Shown here: one piece after another, positions 1-10,226 of the stretch
Layout: each line of letters starts with the position of its first letter
Numbering within the stretch: position 1 is the stretch's first letter
NCBI GenBank assembly: GCA_963678265.1
Contig: OY782761.1
Location: 2,490,714-2,554,713 of the forward strand
DNA from: an uncultured Microbacter sp.
GTDB taxonomy: Bacteria; Bacteroidota; Bacteroidia; Bacteroidales; Paludibacteraceae
DNA: 64,000 bases
Direction: 5' to 3'
Notes under the pieces: generated by a model
The model's input: the letters and a program-made list of their open reading frames with translations, nothing else
Databases searched by the model: none
What the model was told of the DNA's origin: nothing
Translations under genes and position numbers: made by a program

Positions 1-1083
1 TCGCTAATGATGGTTGTCTATTCACTCATCAATGTACCTTATGCATCGTTGCTTGGCGCCATGTCGCCCGATCCGACGGAAAGAAATTCGTTGTCATCTT
101 ACCGCATGTCGTTCGCTTTTATCGGGAGTTTTGTCACCTTTATGCTGTTGCAGCCCCTGATCGATTTCTTTTCAAAGACGTTTCATCCGCAGGGCCTTGA
201 GCAGGCTACACATGCGGTGAATGCTACCGTCAGCACTTCGCCCGTAGGATGGGTGATGGGAGTCGGAGCGATAGGGATTCTGTGTGTGGTGTTGTTTCTG
301 CTCTGTTTCAGCTGGACCAAAGAACGGGTAACTCAAATTGCCGGCGAAGAGAATGTCTCCATTAAGGAAGACTTAAAGAATCTGTTTCACAACTCCCCGT
401 GGTGGATTCTGGTGGCAACCGGTCTGGCTGCCCTGTTGTTTAACGCCGTACGCGACAGTGTCGCCATTTATTTTTTCAGAGACTACGTGAAGGTGAACTA
501 TCACGTAGCGGCTACCGGCTGGGATATGACTACAATTTATTTCTTGGTCGGACAGGCAGCCAACCTGATAGGTGTTATGGCAGCACCCTCTTTGTCGGCC
601 AAGTATGGCAAGCGGAAAACCTATATGATCTCAATTTTACTGGCAGGTATACTCAGCATAGGATTTTATTTTATACCGAATAACATTACCCTGATTTTGA
701 TTTTTCAGTTTGTGATTTCAATGTTTGCGGGGTATGTGTTGCCGTTACTCTGGTCGATGTTTGCCGATATTGTCGACCATCAGGAATTACTTACCGGCCG
801 TCGGGCTACCGGACTGATCTTTTCGTCATCGTCTATGTCGCAAAAGCTCGGATGGGCACTGGGTGCAGCGCTTAGCGGATGGATTCTGGCAATTTTCAAT
901 TATGCCCCCGATGCCGTACAACAAAGCCAGCAGACTCTTTTTGGTGAACATATCATGATCAGCTTGTTGCCTGCTGTGTGTTGCGTTCTGGCATTTGTCG
1001 GCATGTTGTTTTATCCTCTGTCGGATAAAAAAGTGAAAGAGAACTCCGAGAAACTGAATGAAAAACGCAAGGGATTGGTCTAA
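1..1083 (+). CDS. GPH-family (glycoside-pentoside-hexuronide:cation) sugar symporter, 5' end cut by the window edge
   Basis: The ORF is open to position 1 in frame 1. It is a multi-helix hydrophobic protein with GPH/MFS-like loops (DHQELLTGRRATG). It lies directly upstream of an AGE-family epimerase, as in Bacteroidetes mannan/mannobiose loci. Confidence 0.8.
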   Translation, partial: SLMMVVYSLINVPYASLLGAMSPDPTERNSLSSYRMSFAFIGSFVTFMLLQPLIDFFSKTFHPQGLEQATHAVNATVSTSPVGWVMGVGAIGILCVVLFLLCFSWTKERVTQIAGEENVSIKEDLKNLFHNSPWWILVATGLAALLFNAVRDSVAIYFFRDYVKVNYHVAATGWDMTTIYFLVGQAANLIGVMAAPSLSAKYGKRKTYMISILLAGILSIGFYFIPNNITLILIFQFVISMFAGYVLPLLWSMFADIVDHQELLTGRRATGLIFSSSSMSQKLGWALGAALSGWILAIFNYAPDAVQQSQQTLFGEHIMISLLPAVCCVLAFVGMLFYPLSDKKVKENSEKLNEKRKGLV

Positions 1084-1085
1084 AG

Positions 1086-2264
1086 ATGAAAAGCCTGCTG
1101 AAAGATGAGTTTGTTGCAGAGTTGCAACAGAATATACTACCGTTCTGGATCAATTGTGCAATAGATCGGGAGCATGGCGGCTTTGTCGGTCGCATATCGG
1201 GCGATGGAGTTATTCATCCCGAAGCCCCCAAAGGAGCTGTTTTGAATGCACGCATCTTGTGGACTTTTTCAGCAGCCTACCGTCTGTTTCATAAGCCGGA
1301 ATATCTTGAAACGGCTACGCGGGCCAAAGAGTATGTATTGACCCGGTTCTGGGATTATTCCTACGGGGGTGTTTACTGGCAACTTGCGGCAGACGGAACT
1401 CCGATGGACACAAAGAAACAGATTTATGCTCAGGGTTTTGCAATTTACGGTTTAAGTGAATATGCCCGTGCTACCGGCGATGCAGAGGCATTGGAGAAGG
1501 CCGTGGAGTTGTATCGTTTGATAGAGAAGTATAGTCTGGATCAGGTGCTTAACGGCTATCTCGAAGCTTTTACGCACGATTGGAAAGAGATTGCCGATAT
1601 GCGGTTAAGCGATAAGGATGCGAATGAAAAGAAGACCATGAATACGCATTTGCATATTCTTGAACCGTATACCAATCTATATCGGGTATGGCCGACCCGG
1701 GAATTGAAGCGGAGTATATGTAATCTGATAGAGTTATTTCTGGATAAAATCTTCGCATCGACAGGCCATTTACAGCTGTTTTTCGATCAGGAGTGGAATA
1801 GCAAGCAGCAAGTAGTATCGTATGGCCACGATATTGAAGCCTCCTGGTTGCTTTATGAGGCGGCAGTTATCACAGGAGACTCCGATCTGACCGATCGGGT
1901 GCTGAATGTGATTCCTTCAATCGTAAAAGCGGCATCGGAAGGTGTACAACCGGATGGGAGTCTTATTTATGAAAAAGATACGGCAACGGGCCATCTCGTG
2001 AGCGATCGTCACTGGTGGGTGCAAGCCGAGGCTGTGGTGGGATTCTGGTATGCATACAAATTGTTCGGCAAGGATGAATATCGGATCCTCGCAGAGAATT
2101 GCTGGAATTATATAGCTCATCATTTGGTAGATGCGGTACATGGCGAATGGTACTGGAGTATAAAAGCCGATGGCACGGTCAATACGTTGGATGATAAGGC
2201 CGGTTTTTGGAAATGTCCGTATCATAACGGACGAATGTGTATGGAATTAATAGCAAAATCATAG
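1086..2264 (+). CDS. N-acylglucosamine 2-epimerase (AGE) superfamily protein, probably cellobiose/mannobiose 2-epimerase
   Basis: 392 aa. AGE-like repeated aromatic motifs are present (GGFVGRISGDG, GGVYWQL, YAQGFAIYGLSEY, HDIEASWLL, HWWVQAEAVVGF, FWKCPYHNGR). It starts 2 nt after the symporter stop. Confidence 0.8.
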   Translation: MKSLLKDEFVAELQQNILPFWINCAIDREHGGFVGRISGDGVIHPEAPKGAVLNARILWTFSAAYRLFHKPEYLETATRAKEYVLTRFWDYSYGGVYWQLAADGTPMDTKKQIYAQGFAIYGLSEYARATGDAEALEKAVELYRLIEKYSLDQVLNGYLEAFTHDWKEIADMRLSDKDANEKKTMNTHLHILEPYTNLYRVWPTRELKRSICNLIELFLDKIFASTGHLQLFFDQEWNSKQQVVSYGHDIEASWLLYEAAVITGDSDLTDRVLNVIPSIVKAASEGVQPDGSLIYEKDTATGHLVSDRHWWVQAEAVVGFWYAYKLFGKDEYRILAENCWNYIAHHLVDAVHGEWYWSIKADGTVNTLDDKAGFWKCPYHNGRMCMELIAKS

Positions 2265-2296
2265 CGTTTCATAGATGTATTTTGTAGAGATTGGAG

Positions 2297-2331
2297 AACC
2301 GGATAGTATGTACATATAGTCCGGTTTTTTT
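2297..2331 (+). terminator. Rho-independent terminator after the epimerase gene
   Basis: The hairpin arms aaccgga...tccggtt are followed by a run of 7 T. Confidence 0.6.
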
Positions 2332-2392
2332 ATTTGCTGAAAAACTTTTTGATTTTTTCATCGGAAGTGAACCTGTTCGCAGAAAGTTTTTG

Positions 2393-2400
2393 TAAATTTG
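2393..2400 (+). promoter_or_regulatory. Bacteroidetes -7 promoter box (TAnnTTTG)
   Basis: taaatttg is an exact match to the consensus. It lies upstream of the dihydroorotase gene. Confidence 0.4.
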
Positions 2401-2511
2401 CCCTGTATCCTTTGTTTTGTAGGATGTGTTTGTCGTATTAGCCTTTTATTGAGTAAAATGCGGCAAGTAGATGTGCTATTTATTACTAATTCTCAACATA
2501 ACGAGACAGAA

Positions 2512-3864
2512 ATGAGCCAGAAAGGAATCTTAGTTCATAATGCTAAAATTTTTACCGAAAAAAACACCTTCAGAGGATCTCTTCGCATAGAAGGTGAACT
2601 GATTGCTGAAATCTTCAAGGGAGAAGTTCCCGAACCAGTTTTGCAAAACAATACCGTAATCGATGCTTCCGATTTGTGGCTATTACCCGGTGTGATCGAT
2701 ACCCACGTCCATTTTCGGGAACCGGGTTTAACCCAGAAAGCCGATATGCATTCGGAATCCAAAGCTGCCGTTGCCGGAGGTGTAACCTCATTTATCGATA
2801 TGCCCAATACGGTGCCGCAGACAACCACTCTGGAGCTTTGGGAAGCGAAAAACCGACTGGCTTCCGAAAAATCGCTTGCTAATTATGCGTTCTATTTGGG
2901 GGCAACCAATGAAAACAAAGAGGAAATAAAAAATGCAGATCCCAAGCGTGTGCCTGGTGTAAAGGTGTTTTTAGGCGCATCTACCGGTAATATGCAGGTG
3001 GACGATAAAGCATTTTTACAATGGCTATTTGCCGAATCACCGTTGATGTTGACGGCTCACTGCGAAGATATGAGCATTATTCAGCGTAACATTGAAACAT
3101 ACAAAGCCCGGTTTGGCGATGATATTCCAATTCCGAATCATTATTTGATACGTTCGGGTGAGGCGTGCTACAAATCGACAGCCGCTGCGGTCGAAATGGC
3201 TTTGAAATATAAAACGCGTCTTCATATTGCGCACGTCAGTACCGCGCATGAACTGGCACTGTTTGAACCGGGCAAACCGCTGGCCGAAAAACAGATTACA
3301 GCCGAAGGGTGTGTGCATTATCTATGGTTCGATAGTCGCGATTATGAAAAACTCGGAGCAAGGATAAAATGTAATCCGGCCATCAAGGCGGAATCTGATA
3401 AAAAAGCGCTGATTCAGGCAATTATTACCAATCGGCTGGATACCATTGCTACCGATCACGCGCCTCATTTGTTGTCGGAAAAGGAGGGCGGGTGTTTGCA
3501 GGCAGCATCTGGTATACCGATGGTTCAACATTCGTTGCCGGCAATGCTTGAGTTGGCCCGTAACGGACAATTCTCTGTTGAAAAAGTGTTGGAGAAGATG
3601 TGTTATGCTCCGGCCACTTTATTTAAAATACGGAAACGAGGGTTTGTACGTAAAGGGTATTATGCCGATCTGGTATTGGTCAATCCTACCTATCCGTGGA
3701 GCGTCGGTACCGATAATATTGTTTCGAAATGCGGCTGGTCTCCTTTTGAGGGTCAGGAGTTTCATGCCCGTGTTACGCATACGTTCGTAAATGGTAAGTT
3801 AGTCTACGATAATGGGGCTTTTGATGAATCCCATAACGGTAATCCACTTCATTTCAATGATTGA
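2512..3864 (+). CDS. pyrC: dihydroorotase-type cyclic amidohydrolase
   Basis: Metal-binding motif DTHVHFREPG, HCED, and DHAPH near the C-terminus. The first plausible ATG (MSQKGILVHNAKIF) is at 2512. The upstream part of the ORF 2398.. looks like non-coding read-through. Confidence 0.75.
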   Translation: MSQKGILVHNAKIFTEKNTFRGSLRIEGELIAEIFKGEVPEPVLQNNTVIDASDLWLLPGVIDTHVHFREPGLTQKADMHSESKAAVAGGVTSFIDMPNTVPQTTTLELWEAKNRLASEKSLANYAFYLGATNENKEEIKNADPKRVPGVKVFLGASTGNMQVDDKAFLQWLFAESPLMLTAHCEDMSIIQRNIETYKARFGDDIPIPNHYLIRSGEACYKSTAAAVEMALKYKTRLHIAHVSTAHELALFEPGKPLAEKQITAEGCVHYLWFDSRDYEKLGARIKCNPAIKAESDKKALIQAIITNRLDTIATDHAPHLLSEKEGGCLQAASGIPMVQHSLPAMLELARNGQFSVEKVLEKMCYAPATLFKIRKRGFVRKGYYADLVLVNPTYPWSVGTDNIVSKCGWSPFEGQEFHARVTHTFVNGKLVYDNGAFDESHNGNPLHFND

Positions 3865-4354
3865 AAATAGTTGTATCCGGTTAATGAACACACCTCTCGG
3901 TACGTTGCGCATAGGCGGCAATGCATCGGTAGTAACGGTCGTGGAATTTGATAATCAGGAGGATTATTACATAACCGGAGATATGACTATTCCGGTATCC
4001 ATGTGCATCGATCAGTTGCATGAATACTTTGAAGGAAAGAGAACTGAGTTTTCGGTTCCCATTCAGTTTGAGGGAACTCAGTTTCAGCAAAAGGTATGGG
4101 GAGCACTGCAGAAAATTCCTTTTGCTCAAAAGGTTAGTTATGGATATATTGCCGGGCAGATAGGTTCGCATCAGGCACAACGAGCTGTCGGAAATGCCAA
4201 CAATAACAATCCGATTGCGATCATCATCCCCTGTCATCGTGTTGTGGGAGCCGACAATAAACTGGTCGGTTATGCCGGTGGCTTGTGGCGTAAAGCCTGG
4301 CTACTGGAACATGAAGAGAGTGTTGCCGGAACCCGGCATCCCGTTTTATTGTAA
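3857..4354 (+). CDS. ogt: methylated-DNA--protein-cysteine methyltransferase
   Basis: Active-site PCHRV motif (IIIPCHRVVGADNKLVGYAGG) and an HTH region (SYGYIAGQIGSHQAQRAVGNA). The ATG at 3857 overlaps the pyrC stop. An alternative start is at 3884 (MNTPLGTL). Confidence 0.9.
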   Translation: MIENSCIRLMNTPLGTLRIGGNASVVTVVEFDNQEDYYITGDMTIPVSMCIDQLHEYFEGKRTEFSVPIQFEGTQFQQKVWGALQKIPFAQKVSYGYIAGQIGSHQAQRAVGNANNNNPIAIIIPCHRVVGADNKLVGYAGGLWRKAWLLEHEESVAGTRHPVLL

Positions 4355-4358
4355 CAAC

Positions 4359-4393
4359 AGAGGCTGTCTCAGTTTTAGTCTGAAACAGCCTCT
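4359..4393. terminator. hairpin between convergent ogt and the DUF2892 gene
   Basis: 9-bp stem agaggctgt/acagcctct. The flanking T-runs are weak. Confidence 0.35.
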
Positions 4394-4433
4394 TATCAAT
4401 AATTGTTGTATTTGCTTCTATTGCAACAATGAA

Positions 4434-4643
4434 TTATTCTTCAGTCCTTTTGTTTGAATTCCATCCAAATGGCAGGTACAAAGGACAGGAGCCAATAAAG
4501 GTGGTGATAACTAATAATATAGCCACTATTAGTAAAATATCACCCAATGTTCCGGTAATGACATCGTTAATATCAAGAATAACAATGATGAGAGCGATGG
4601 CCAACCGGATTCCTTTGTCTAAGGTACCGATGTTTTTTTTCAT
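4434..4643 (-). CDS. DUF2892 (YgaP-like) small membrane protein
   Basis: Two TM helices and the characteristic C-terminal CPLYxxFG motif. Start taken at MKKNIGTLDKG. Confidence 0.7.
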   Translation of the reverse strand: MKKNIGTLDKGIRLAIALIIVILDINDVITGTLGDILLIVAILLVITTFIGSCPLYLPFGWNSNKRTEE

Positions 4644-4763
4644 TACGTTCGGAGTTAAAAACAATATTCTATAGAGTAATACGGTACAAAATAAGTACAG
4701 AAAACAGCATTTGGTGCTTATTGGCTCAATAATCGTGCAAAAACAGAATGTATGATTCTATTG

Positions 4764-5555
4764 TCAGTGTAAGCGTGTTTTTGATATTCCGCTGTCATTC
4801 AGTTTTTTAATAACGCCCTTGCCGTATACATCCAGACTACCTACACTGGAGTTATCGATGTAAAACTCTTTGTCGGCAGTAATGTCGGTGCTTCCTACCG
4901 CACTGTTGACGATATGAATTGTTTGAGTGATGAAATTCTGGGCATCAAATTTGCCGACTCCCGAATTGTTGATATGAACATCGGTGCAGGAACCCGTTAA
5001 AATGGTTTTTCCTACCGCACTGTTTGTAAAATTCAATGCGATACCTTCGATATAAAGATTTGTTTTTCCCACCGCACTGTTGTCTATTGTTGTTGTCGGC
5101 GCTTTTATTTTGAGATTGCAGGTACCTACCGCGCTGTTATTCATAGTGAAAGCGGAGGCGGTCAAAGTGCCTTCGTTGGTTAAATTTCCTACCGAGCTGT
5201 TGGTGAGAGATTTTATGCCTTTGGTATAGATGTAAATTTTGCCTGCCGAATGCCTGCCGATATTCGAGTCGTGTTTCATATGTATGTCGAGTGTGCTGTC
5301 GTTCATACTGACTTGTACCTCTTGCTGCAGGTTATCGTCTGTTTCTACAATTACCTTTTCGAAAGAAGAGGGAATAATGACGGCATCGAAAACAATGCTG
5401 AGATCCAATTTGTTAAATCCTGAAGCAGAATGTTCTACTTTTGTTACATTACCCGAACCGTTGTGGCGGTTGATGTAATAGCATGAGTTTAACAGCAATC
5501 CGGTGACTACGAGTGCCAACATGCTGATTTTACGGATGGAAGATGGTGCATTCAT
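4764..5555 (-). CDS. DUF2807 / GIN-domain (adhesin-head-like beta-helix) lipoprotein
   Basis: Signal peptide plus lipobox-like LLNSC. Repeated NSAVG / NSGVG / NSSVG beta-helix rungs. Confidence 0.65.
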   Translation of the reverse strand: MNAPSSIRKISMLALVVTGLLLNSCYYINRHNGSGNVTKVEHSASGFNKLDLSIVFDAVIIPSSFEKVIVETDDNLQQEVQVSMNDSTLDIHMKHDSNIGRHSAGKIYIYTKGIKSLTNSSVGNLTNEGTLTASAFTMNNSAVGTCNLKIKAPTTTIDNSAVGKTNLYIEGIALNFTNSAVGKTILTGSCTDVHINNSGVGKFDAQNFITQTIHIVNSAVGSTDITADKEFYIDNSSVGSLDVYGKGVIKKLNDSGISKTRLH

Positions 5556-5695
5556 TGTGTTATATTTTGGAAGTTAAGGTGATGCAATGAGAGCAATCTG
5601 CCGTTTTGCACTACCATGTCGGTTGTTTAATTGTATGTTAGACGTATCGTACCCCTATTTCGGATGATAAAGGTACAATAAAATCTTATTTTTTT

Positions 5696-5739
5696 CAATA
5701 AAAAAGGCTTTACCCGCCATTTGTAGCCGGATAAAGCCT
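5696..5739 (-). terminator. Rho-independent terminator of the M16 peptidase gene
   Basis: On the minus strand the hairpin aggctttatccgg...cgggtaaagcct is followed by TTTTT. Confidence 0.6.
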
Positions 5740-5760
5740 GTAAAAAAGAAGTTTCGATTA

Positions 5761-8562
5761 TTATTTCGAGGTCATAACAACCTGTAACATGTTTGGTTTC
5801 TCTACCAGTCGTTTGGCCAATTGTTGGATAGTTGCTCCTGAAATAGTATCCATGGCCTTGTCAAAATTGTTGACCAGATCGATGTCGGAAAAATAGTAGT
5901 GATTCAGCGCACTTAGCCACCAGCTGTTCTCTTCCGTATTTTCTTTGTGTTGTTTTTTGAGGTTCTCTTTCACCTTCTGGAGATCTTCTTCTTTCGGTCC
6001 GTTCTGAGCAATCGATTTCAGTTCGTCGTGGATGAGACGAATCATCTTTGGTTGCATTTTGGGGTCGGTGTCGAACTGCATAAACAGGGTGACCATCGGT
6101 ACCGGAATTTTACCGATACTTCCTTTTACCCCAACGCCATACGACGCGCCTTCGCTTTCACGGATAGATGCCGTGTAACGAATATCCAGAATATTGCCTA
6201 ACGCTTGTGCTAATAATGAATTATTCAGCGAGTAGTCGATCCGATCGCTGTACAATACGAAATTAGATGCTTTCGGTGTTTTCATTTCGTGGGTAAACTG
6301 TTTCTCGACAACGCCTTGCGGATATCTTATCTGGCGATCTTTCCATGTTTCGGTTTGCTTAGATGTTTTTAGCCCGCCCAGATAGGCGAGTATGGCCGGT
6401 TTTACTTTTTCCGGCTCCACGTTTCCGACAAAGAAAAAGGTGAAATTGGCGGGGTTGGCAAACAGCTCTTTGTAGAGGCGCATCACGTCATCGTGATTTA
6501 CTTTGTCGAGCGCTTTCAGATTGAACAGAAATTTGCGCGGCGAATTGCTGTATAGCGCAGTCGTTACCGTGTCGGTGAATGCCTGGTCGGGATCATTTGC
6601 CGCGTTGATGAGGCTGGTACGAATATTATTGATGAAAGATTGGTAGCCATCGCTGTCTTTTCGGGGTGCGGTGAAATAGAGATAGAGCATTTGCATCATT
6701 GTTTCGAAATCTTTGACGGATGAATAGCCCGAAAAGGTCTCCTGATAGTCGGAAATACCGGGAGAAACCCCCGCAATTTTACTCGCCAGCAGCTTGTTTA
6801 ATGTGGTTTGCGGGAAATCGCCCAGACCACTATTGGTAATGATGTTATCGGCAATCGAAGCGGAAGGTAGCTCTTCGTTTTTATCAATCAACGAGAGGCC
6901 TCCGTAAGCCACTCCCAGCATCCGAATTTCATCTTGCTTCAATTTCGTGGGTTTGATTACCACCTTCACGCCATTGGACAGAACCCATTCGTCGGCATCC
7001 AACGCTTTATTGTGCACGGTCTTTTTTATTGTTCCCGCTTTCGGTGGATTGGTAACTAACGGCTTGTCGATTGTTTCCTGTTTGTTTTGTTCGATAGACG
7101 TACTTTTGACGCTATCCATCATTGCAAGAATCTCTTGTTCAGAAAGCAGACTGGCTTTTTCATTTTCCGGTCCCTGCTCGGTTATCAAACAATTTTTATC
7201 CGAAATATAACTCTGAACCTGTTTGTTAACAGCTTCAAGAGGTAACTTCGGAAGCAGGGCTTGCAGAGTTTTATACTCCCATTCGATGCCCGGAATTGCC
7301 TCGAGATTCAAAAAATTATTGGTATACTCGCGGACATAAGCGGAGGTGTTTTGTTTGTCGCGGTTGTTATATGCCTGTTCTATTTGTTTGAGCACTTCAG
7401 CCTTGGCTCTTTCCAGTTCGTCGGCATTAAAACCGTATCGTTTCGTCTTTTCAATTTCGGAAAACAACAGCGAGATGGCTTCCTTGTTTTTGCCTGCGCG
7501 CGGCACCATGTAGTAAAGAAAAGCGTCTTTGGTCTTTATCAGGTCGCCGTATTGCGAAATGGCATAGGCAATGGGTGCATCCGCTTTTTGTGTAATCTCC
7601 TGAAAACGGCTGTTCTGCATACAACTTATCAATGAATTTTCGATGTCAATTACATAGCCCATAAACGATTTTCTGACATCGTCGGATAACGGTGTTTGCT
7701 TATATTGAACCATGAAACCGATATCGGATGCTTCCGGATCGGTGATGCGGGCAACAATGGGCCGGTCGTTGTCGGGAACGGTGTATAAAATACGTTCTGC
7801 CGGGTTTACCGGCTTGGGAATGGAAGAGAAGAGTTGCTTTACCTGAGCTTCAGTCTTGTCCACATCGATATCGCCCACGATAATGATTGCCTGAAGATCG
7901 GGACGATACCATTTTTTGTAGTATTCGCGAAGGGTGTTGTAAGCAAAATGGTTGATAATGGCCGTGTCGCCAATCACATCGCGTTTTGCGTATTGCGATC
8001 CGGCAAAGAGAATCGAATTGGCGGCTTTCCAAATGCGTCGGTTGGCACCGGCTCTCGTTCTCCACTCTTCGCGTATCACCCCTCTTTCGTTATCAATCTC
8101 TTTCCCGTCGAGCGTGAGGTAGTTCGACCAATCGTGCAGCACCAGCAGCGAACTGTCGATCACCCCCTGACGTGTCGTCGGAACGTTCGATAGGTTGTAA
8201 ACTGTTTCGTCGAGAGCTGTGTAAGCATTGATGTTTTCGCCGAATTTTACGCCGTTTTTTTCAAAAAAATTGATTAGTTGTTTGCCCGGAAAATTTTTCG
8301 TCCCGTTGAAGGACATATGTTCCAGAAAATGGGCCAGGCCGTTTTGATTATCTTCTTCGAGAATTGCGCCTACTTTTTGAACGATATAGAAATCGGCCCG
8401 GTCTTTGGGCTTTTCATTGTGTCGGATGTAGTAGGTCAGACCATTTTCGAGATGCCCGATTCGCACATGCGAATCGATTGGAATAAGCGGATTGGATTGA
8501 GCATATAGGATTCCTCCGATGAAGGTCGTTAGAAGAAGAACGCTGAATAGTTTATTTTTCAT
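5761..8562 (-). CDS. M16-family (insulinase/pitrilysin-like) zinc peptidase, secreted
   Basis: HxxEH zinc motif (HFLEHMSF). The size indicates two M16 active/inactive domain pairs. Signal peptide follows the MKNKLFSVLLL start. The upstream 28 codons of the ORF are probably not translated. Confidence 0.85.
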   Translation of the reverse strand: MKNKLFSVLLLTTFIGGILYAQSNPLIPIDSHVRIGHLENGLTYYIRHNEKPKDRADFYIVQKVGAILEEDNQNGLAHFLEHMSFNGTKNFPGKQLINFFEKNGVKFGENINAYTALDETVYNLSNVPTTRQGVIDSSLLVLHDWSNYLTLDGKEIDNERGVIREEWRTRAGANRRIWKAANSILFAGSQYAKRDVIGDTAIINHFAYNTLREYYKKWYRPDLQAIIIVGDIDVDKTEAQVKQLFSSIPKPVNPAERILYTVPDNDRPIVARITDPEASDIGFMVQYKQTPLSDDVRKSFMGYVIDIENSLISCMQNSRFQEITQKADAPIAYAISQYGDLIKTKDAFLYYMVPRAGKNKEAISLLFSEIEKTKRYGFNADELERAKAEVLKQIEQAYNNRDKQNTSAYVREYTNNFLNLEAIPGIEWEYKTLQALLPKLPLEAVNKQVQSYISDKNCLITEQGPENEKASLLSEQEILAMMDSVKSTSIEQNKQETIDKPLVTNPPKAGTIKKTVHNKALDADEWVLSNGVKVVIKPTKLKQDEIRMLGVAYGGLSLIDKNEELPSASIADNIITNSGLGDFPQTTLNKLLASKIAGVSPGISDYQETFSGYSSVKDFETMMQMLYLYFTAPRKDSDGYQSFINNIRTSLINAANDPDQAFTDTVTTALYSNSPRKFLFNLKALDKVNHDDVMRLYKELFANPANFTFFFVGNVEPEKVKPAILAYLGGLKTSKQTETWKDRQIRYPQGVVEKQFTHEMKTPKASNFVLYSDRIDYSLNNSLLAQALGNILDIRYTASIRESEGASYGVGVKGSIGKIPVPMVTLFMQFDTDPKMQPKMIRLIHDELKSIAQNGPKEEDLQKVKENLKKQHKENTEENSWWLSALNHYYFSDIDLVNNFDKAMDTISGATIQQLAKRLVEKPNMLQVVMTSK

Positions 8563-8617
8563 GATATTGGATTGTTGAAAAGAGGCCGGCATTCTGTGGC
8601 CGGGTATGTAAGTCGGG

Positions 8618-8956
8618 TTAGTCCTGAGGCTTGTTGGACGCAACAAGCTGTTTGCGGATATTTAGCAATTCAAGACGTATTTTTTTGAGCCGTTCAACCA
8701 CATCTTGTGTTTTGGCTACGTTGTCTTTGTCGTTTTTCAGGCGGTGGCGGGCTCCTTCAAGAGTAAGATTCTGTTCGCGCACCAAATGAAATATTTGTTT
8801 GATGAGCAAAATGTCATCCTGAGTATAGAAGCGGGTACCTTTTCCGTTTTTACGTGGTTTAAGTTGTGGAAATTCTTTTTCCCAAAAACGAAGCAAAGAG
8901 GCGTTAACGTTCAGTTGTTCGGCCACTTCGCTGATGGAGTAGTAAAGTCGTTCCAT
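8618..8956 (-). CDS. MerR-family transcriptional regulator
   Basis: N-terminal wHTH (YSISEVAEQLNVNASLLRFWEKEF) and a C-terminal coiled coil. Confidence 0.8.
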   Translation of the reverse strand: MERLYYSISEVAEQLNVNASLLRFWEKEFPQLKPRKNGKGTRFYTQDDILLIKQIFHLVREQNLTLEGARHRLKNDKDNVAKTQDVVERLKKIRLELLNIRKQLVASNKPQD

Positions 8957-8995
8957 GGTGATTATGATGTTTGAGAATCAATACAGGTAAAAACC

Positions 8996-10216
8996 TTAAT
9001 GTTTTCTCTTTTTCGATTTTTTACCCGATCGGCTTTTGGACGAACCGTGATTCTTTTTTGTTTTAGTACTTTTGAGCGCACTTTTCTTCGCTTTTGAGCT
9101 CTTTGCAACATAAAGTTCTTCGGAAGGCTCTACCAGTATCCGGTTGGTAAATAGCTCGTCGGCTTTGTAAGCTACAATTTTGTCTTTGTTTTGAAGAAAA
9201 GAGCTGGCTGCATTTAACGGCAGCCGAATGGCGCACGGTTTGTAATTTCCGGGCACAATGTCTTGCCGGTATTGCGGATTGAGCGTACGGAGTTCGGCAA
9301 TCGGAAGGTTCATCAGGTCGGCAATTTGTATCAGGTGAACCTTTTCTTTCACCATAATGGTGTCGCTCATAGGCAGGCACACGGGAGCAACATTCAAATT
9401 GTGCTGCTTGTAATAGTTCATTACATAGTTGGCTGCAATGAAAATAGGAACATAATTGCGGGTTTCGTTCGGCAAATAGGGATAGATTTGCCAGTAATCG
9501 CGTTTACCGCCGGAACGCCGGATAGCTTTGTTGACATTTCCGGGACCGCAATTGTAGGCCGCAATTACTAAATTCCAGTCGCCGTAGATACGAAACAAAT
9601 CTTTCAGATACCGGGCTGCGGCCACAGATGCTTTGTACGGATCCATACGTTCATCTATCAGGCTGTTGATCTCCAATCCGTAAATTCGTCCGGTAGATAC
9701 CATCAATTGCCATAGACCTCCGGCACCGGCGCGTGAATAGGCTGTGGGGTTGAGCGCCGATTCGATAATGGGTAAATATTTCAGTTCGTCCGGAAGCTTA
9801 TTGGCAAGAAGCTGATCTTCAAAAATGGGCATGTAGTATTGCCCCATGGCCAGCATGTAGGAAACCTGCCTGCGCTTCTGTGAGGTGTAAAAATCGATGC
9901 ACTTTCTAACGTGTTCGTTGAAAGGAAGCTCCATGATTGTCGGTAGCTTGGATAGCCGGTCGATAATGATAGAGTCGGAAAAATAGGGGATGACGCTGTC
10001 GTTGACAAATGAGGTGTTGATGTTTTTTCTTTCGTACCACTGGTTCAGTAGCCCGTTGAAACTCATATCGTAGCCCTGTGGCATTACAAGCGGTTCCAAC
10101 TGTGGTGCTTTGTTTGTTGCAGAGTCGGTTACACTTGTTGCGGTTCCGGTCGCAAAAGAGTGTAGCGGCTGCATGGCAAACAGTATCACGACTAAACAGT
10201 TGAAATAAAAACGCAT
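8996..10216 (-). CDS. lytic murein transglycosylase (SLT domain, MltD-like) with a basic C-terminal tail
   Basis: SLT catalytic region (PIIESALNPTAYSRAGAGGLWQLM...AAYNCGPGNV), an N-terminal signal peptide and a Lys-rich tail. Confidence 0.8.
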   Translation of the reverse strand: MRFYFNCLVVILFAMQPLHSFATGTATSVTDSATNKAPQLEPLVMPQGYDMSFNGLLNQWYERKNINTSFVNDSVIPYFSDSIIIDRLSKLPTIMELPFNEHVRKCIDFYTSQKRRQVSYMLAMGQYYMPIFEDQLLANKLPDELKYLPIIESALNPTAYSRAGAGGLWQLMVSTGRIYGLEINSLIDERMDPYKASVAAARYLKDLFRIYGDWNLVIAAYNCGPGNVNKAIRRSGGKRDYWQIYPYLPNETRNYVPIFIAANYVMNYYKQHNLNVAPVCLPMSDTIMVKEKVHLIQIADLMNLPIAELRTLNPQYRQDIVPGNYKPCAIRLPLNAASSFLQNKDKIVAYKADELFTNRILVEPSEELYVAKSSKAKKSALKSTKTKKNHGSSKSRSGKKSKKRKH

Positions 10217-10226
10217 GTTGTCAGCT

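Noticed and set aside
2398-2511. N-terminal extensions proposed by the ORF track for pyrC. Similar extensions were proposed for the M16 peptidase (8563-8646), purH (27782-27805), galM (60151-60207), the histidine kinase (61433-61465), the DUF2892 gene and the DUF5606 gene.
   Set aside because: The extensions precede signal peptides or conserved N-termini, often start with non-ATG codons, and in two cases contain the predicted -7 promoter box. Internal ATG starts were used instead.
4429-4674. Plus-strand 81-aa ORF overlapping the DUF2892 gene.
   Set aside because: The minus-strand frame carries the diagnostic DUF2892 CPLY motif and two clean TM helices. The plus-strand frame has no features.
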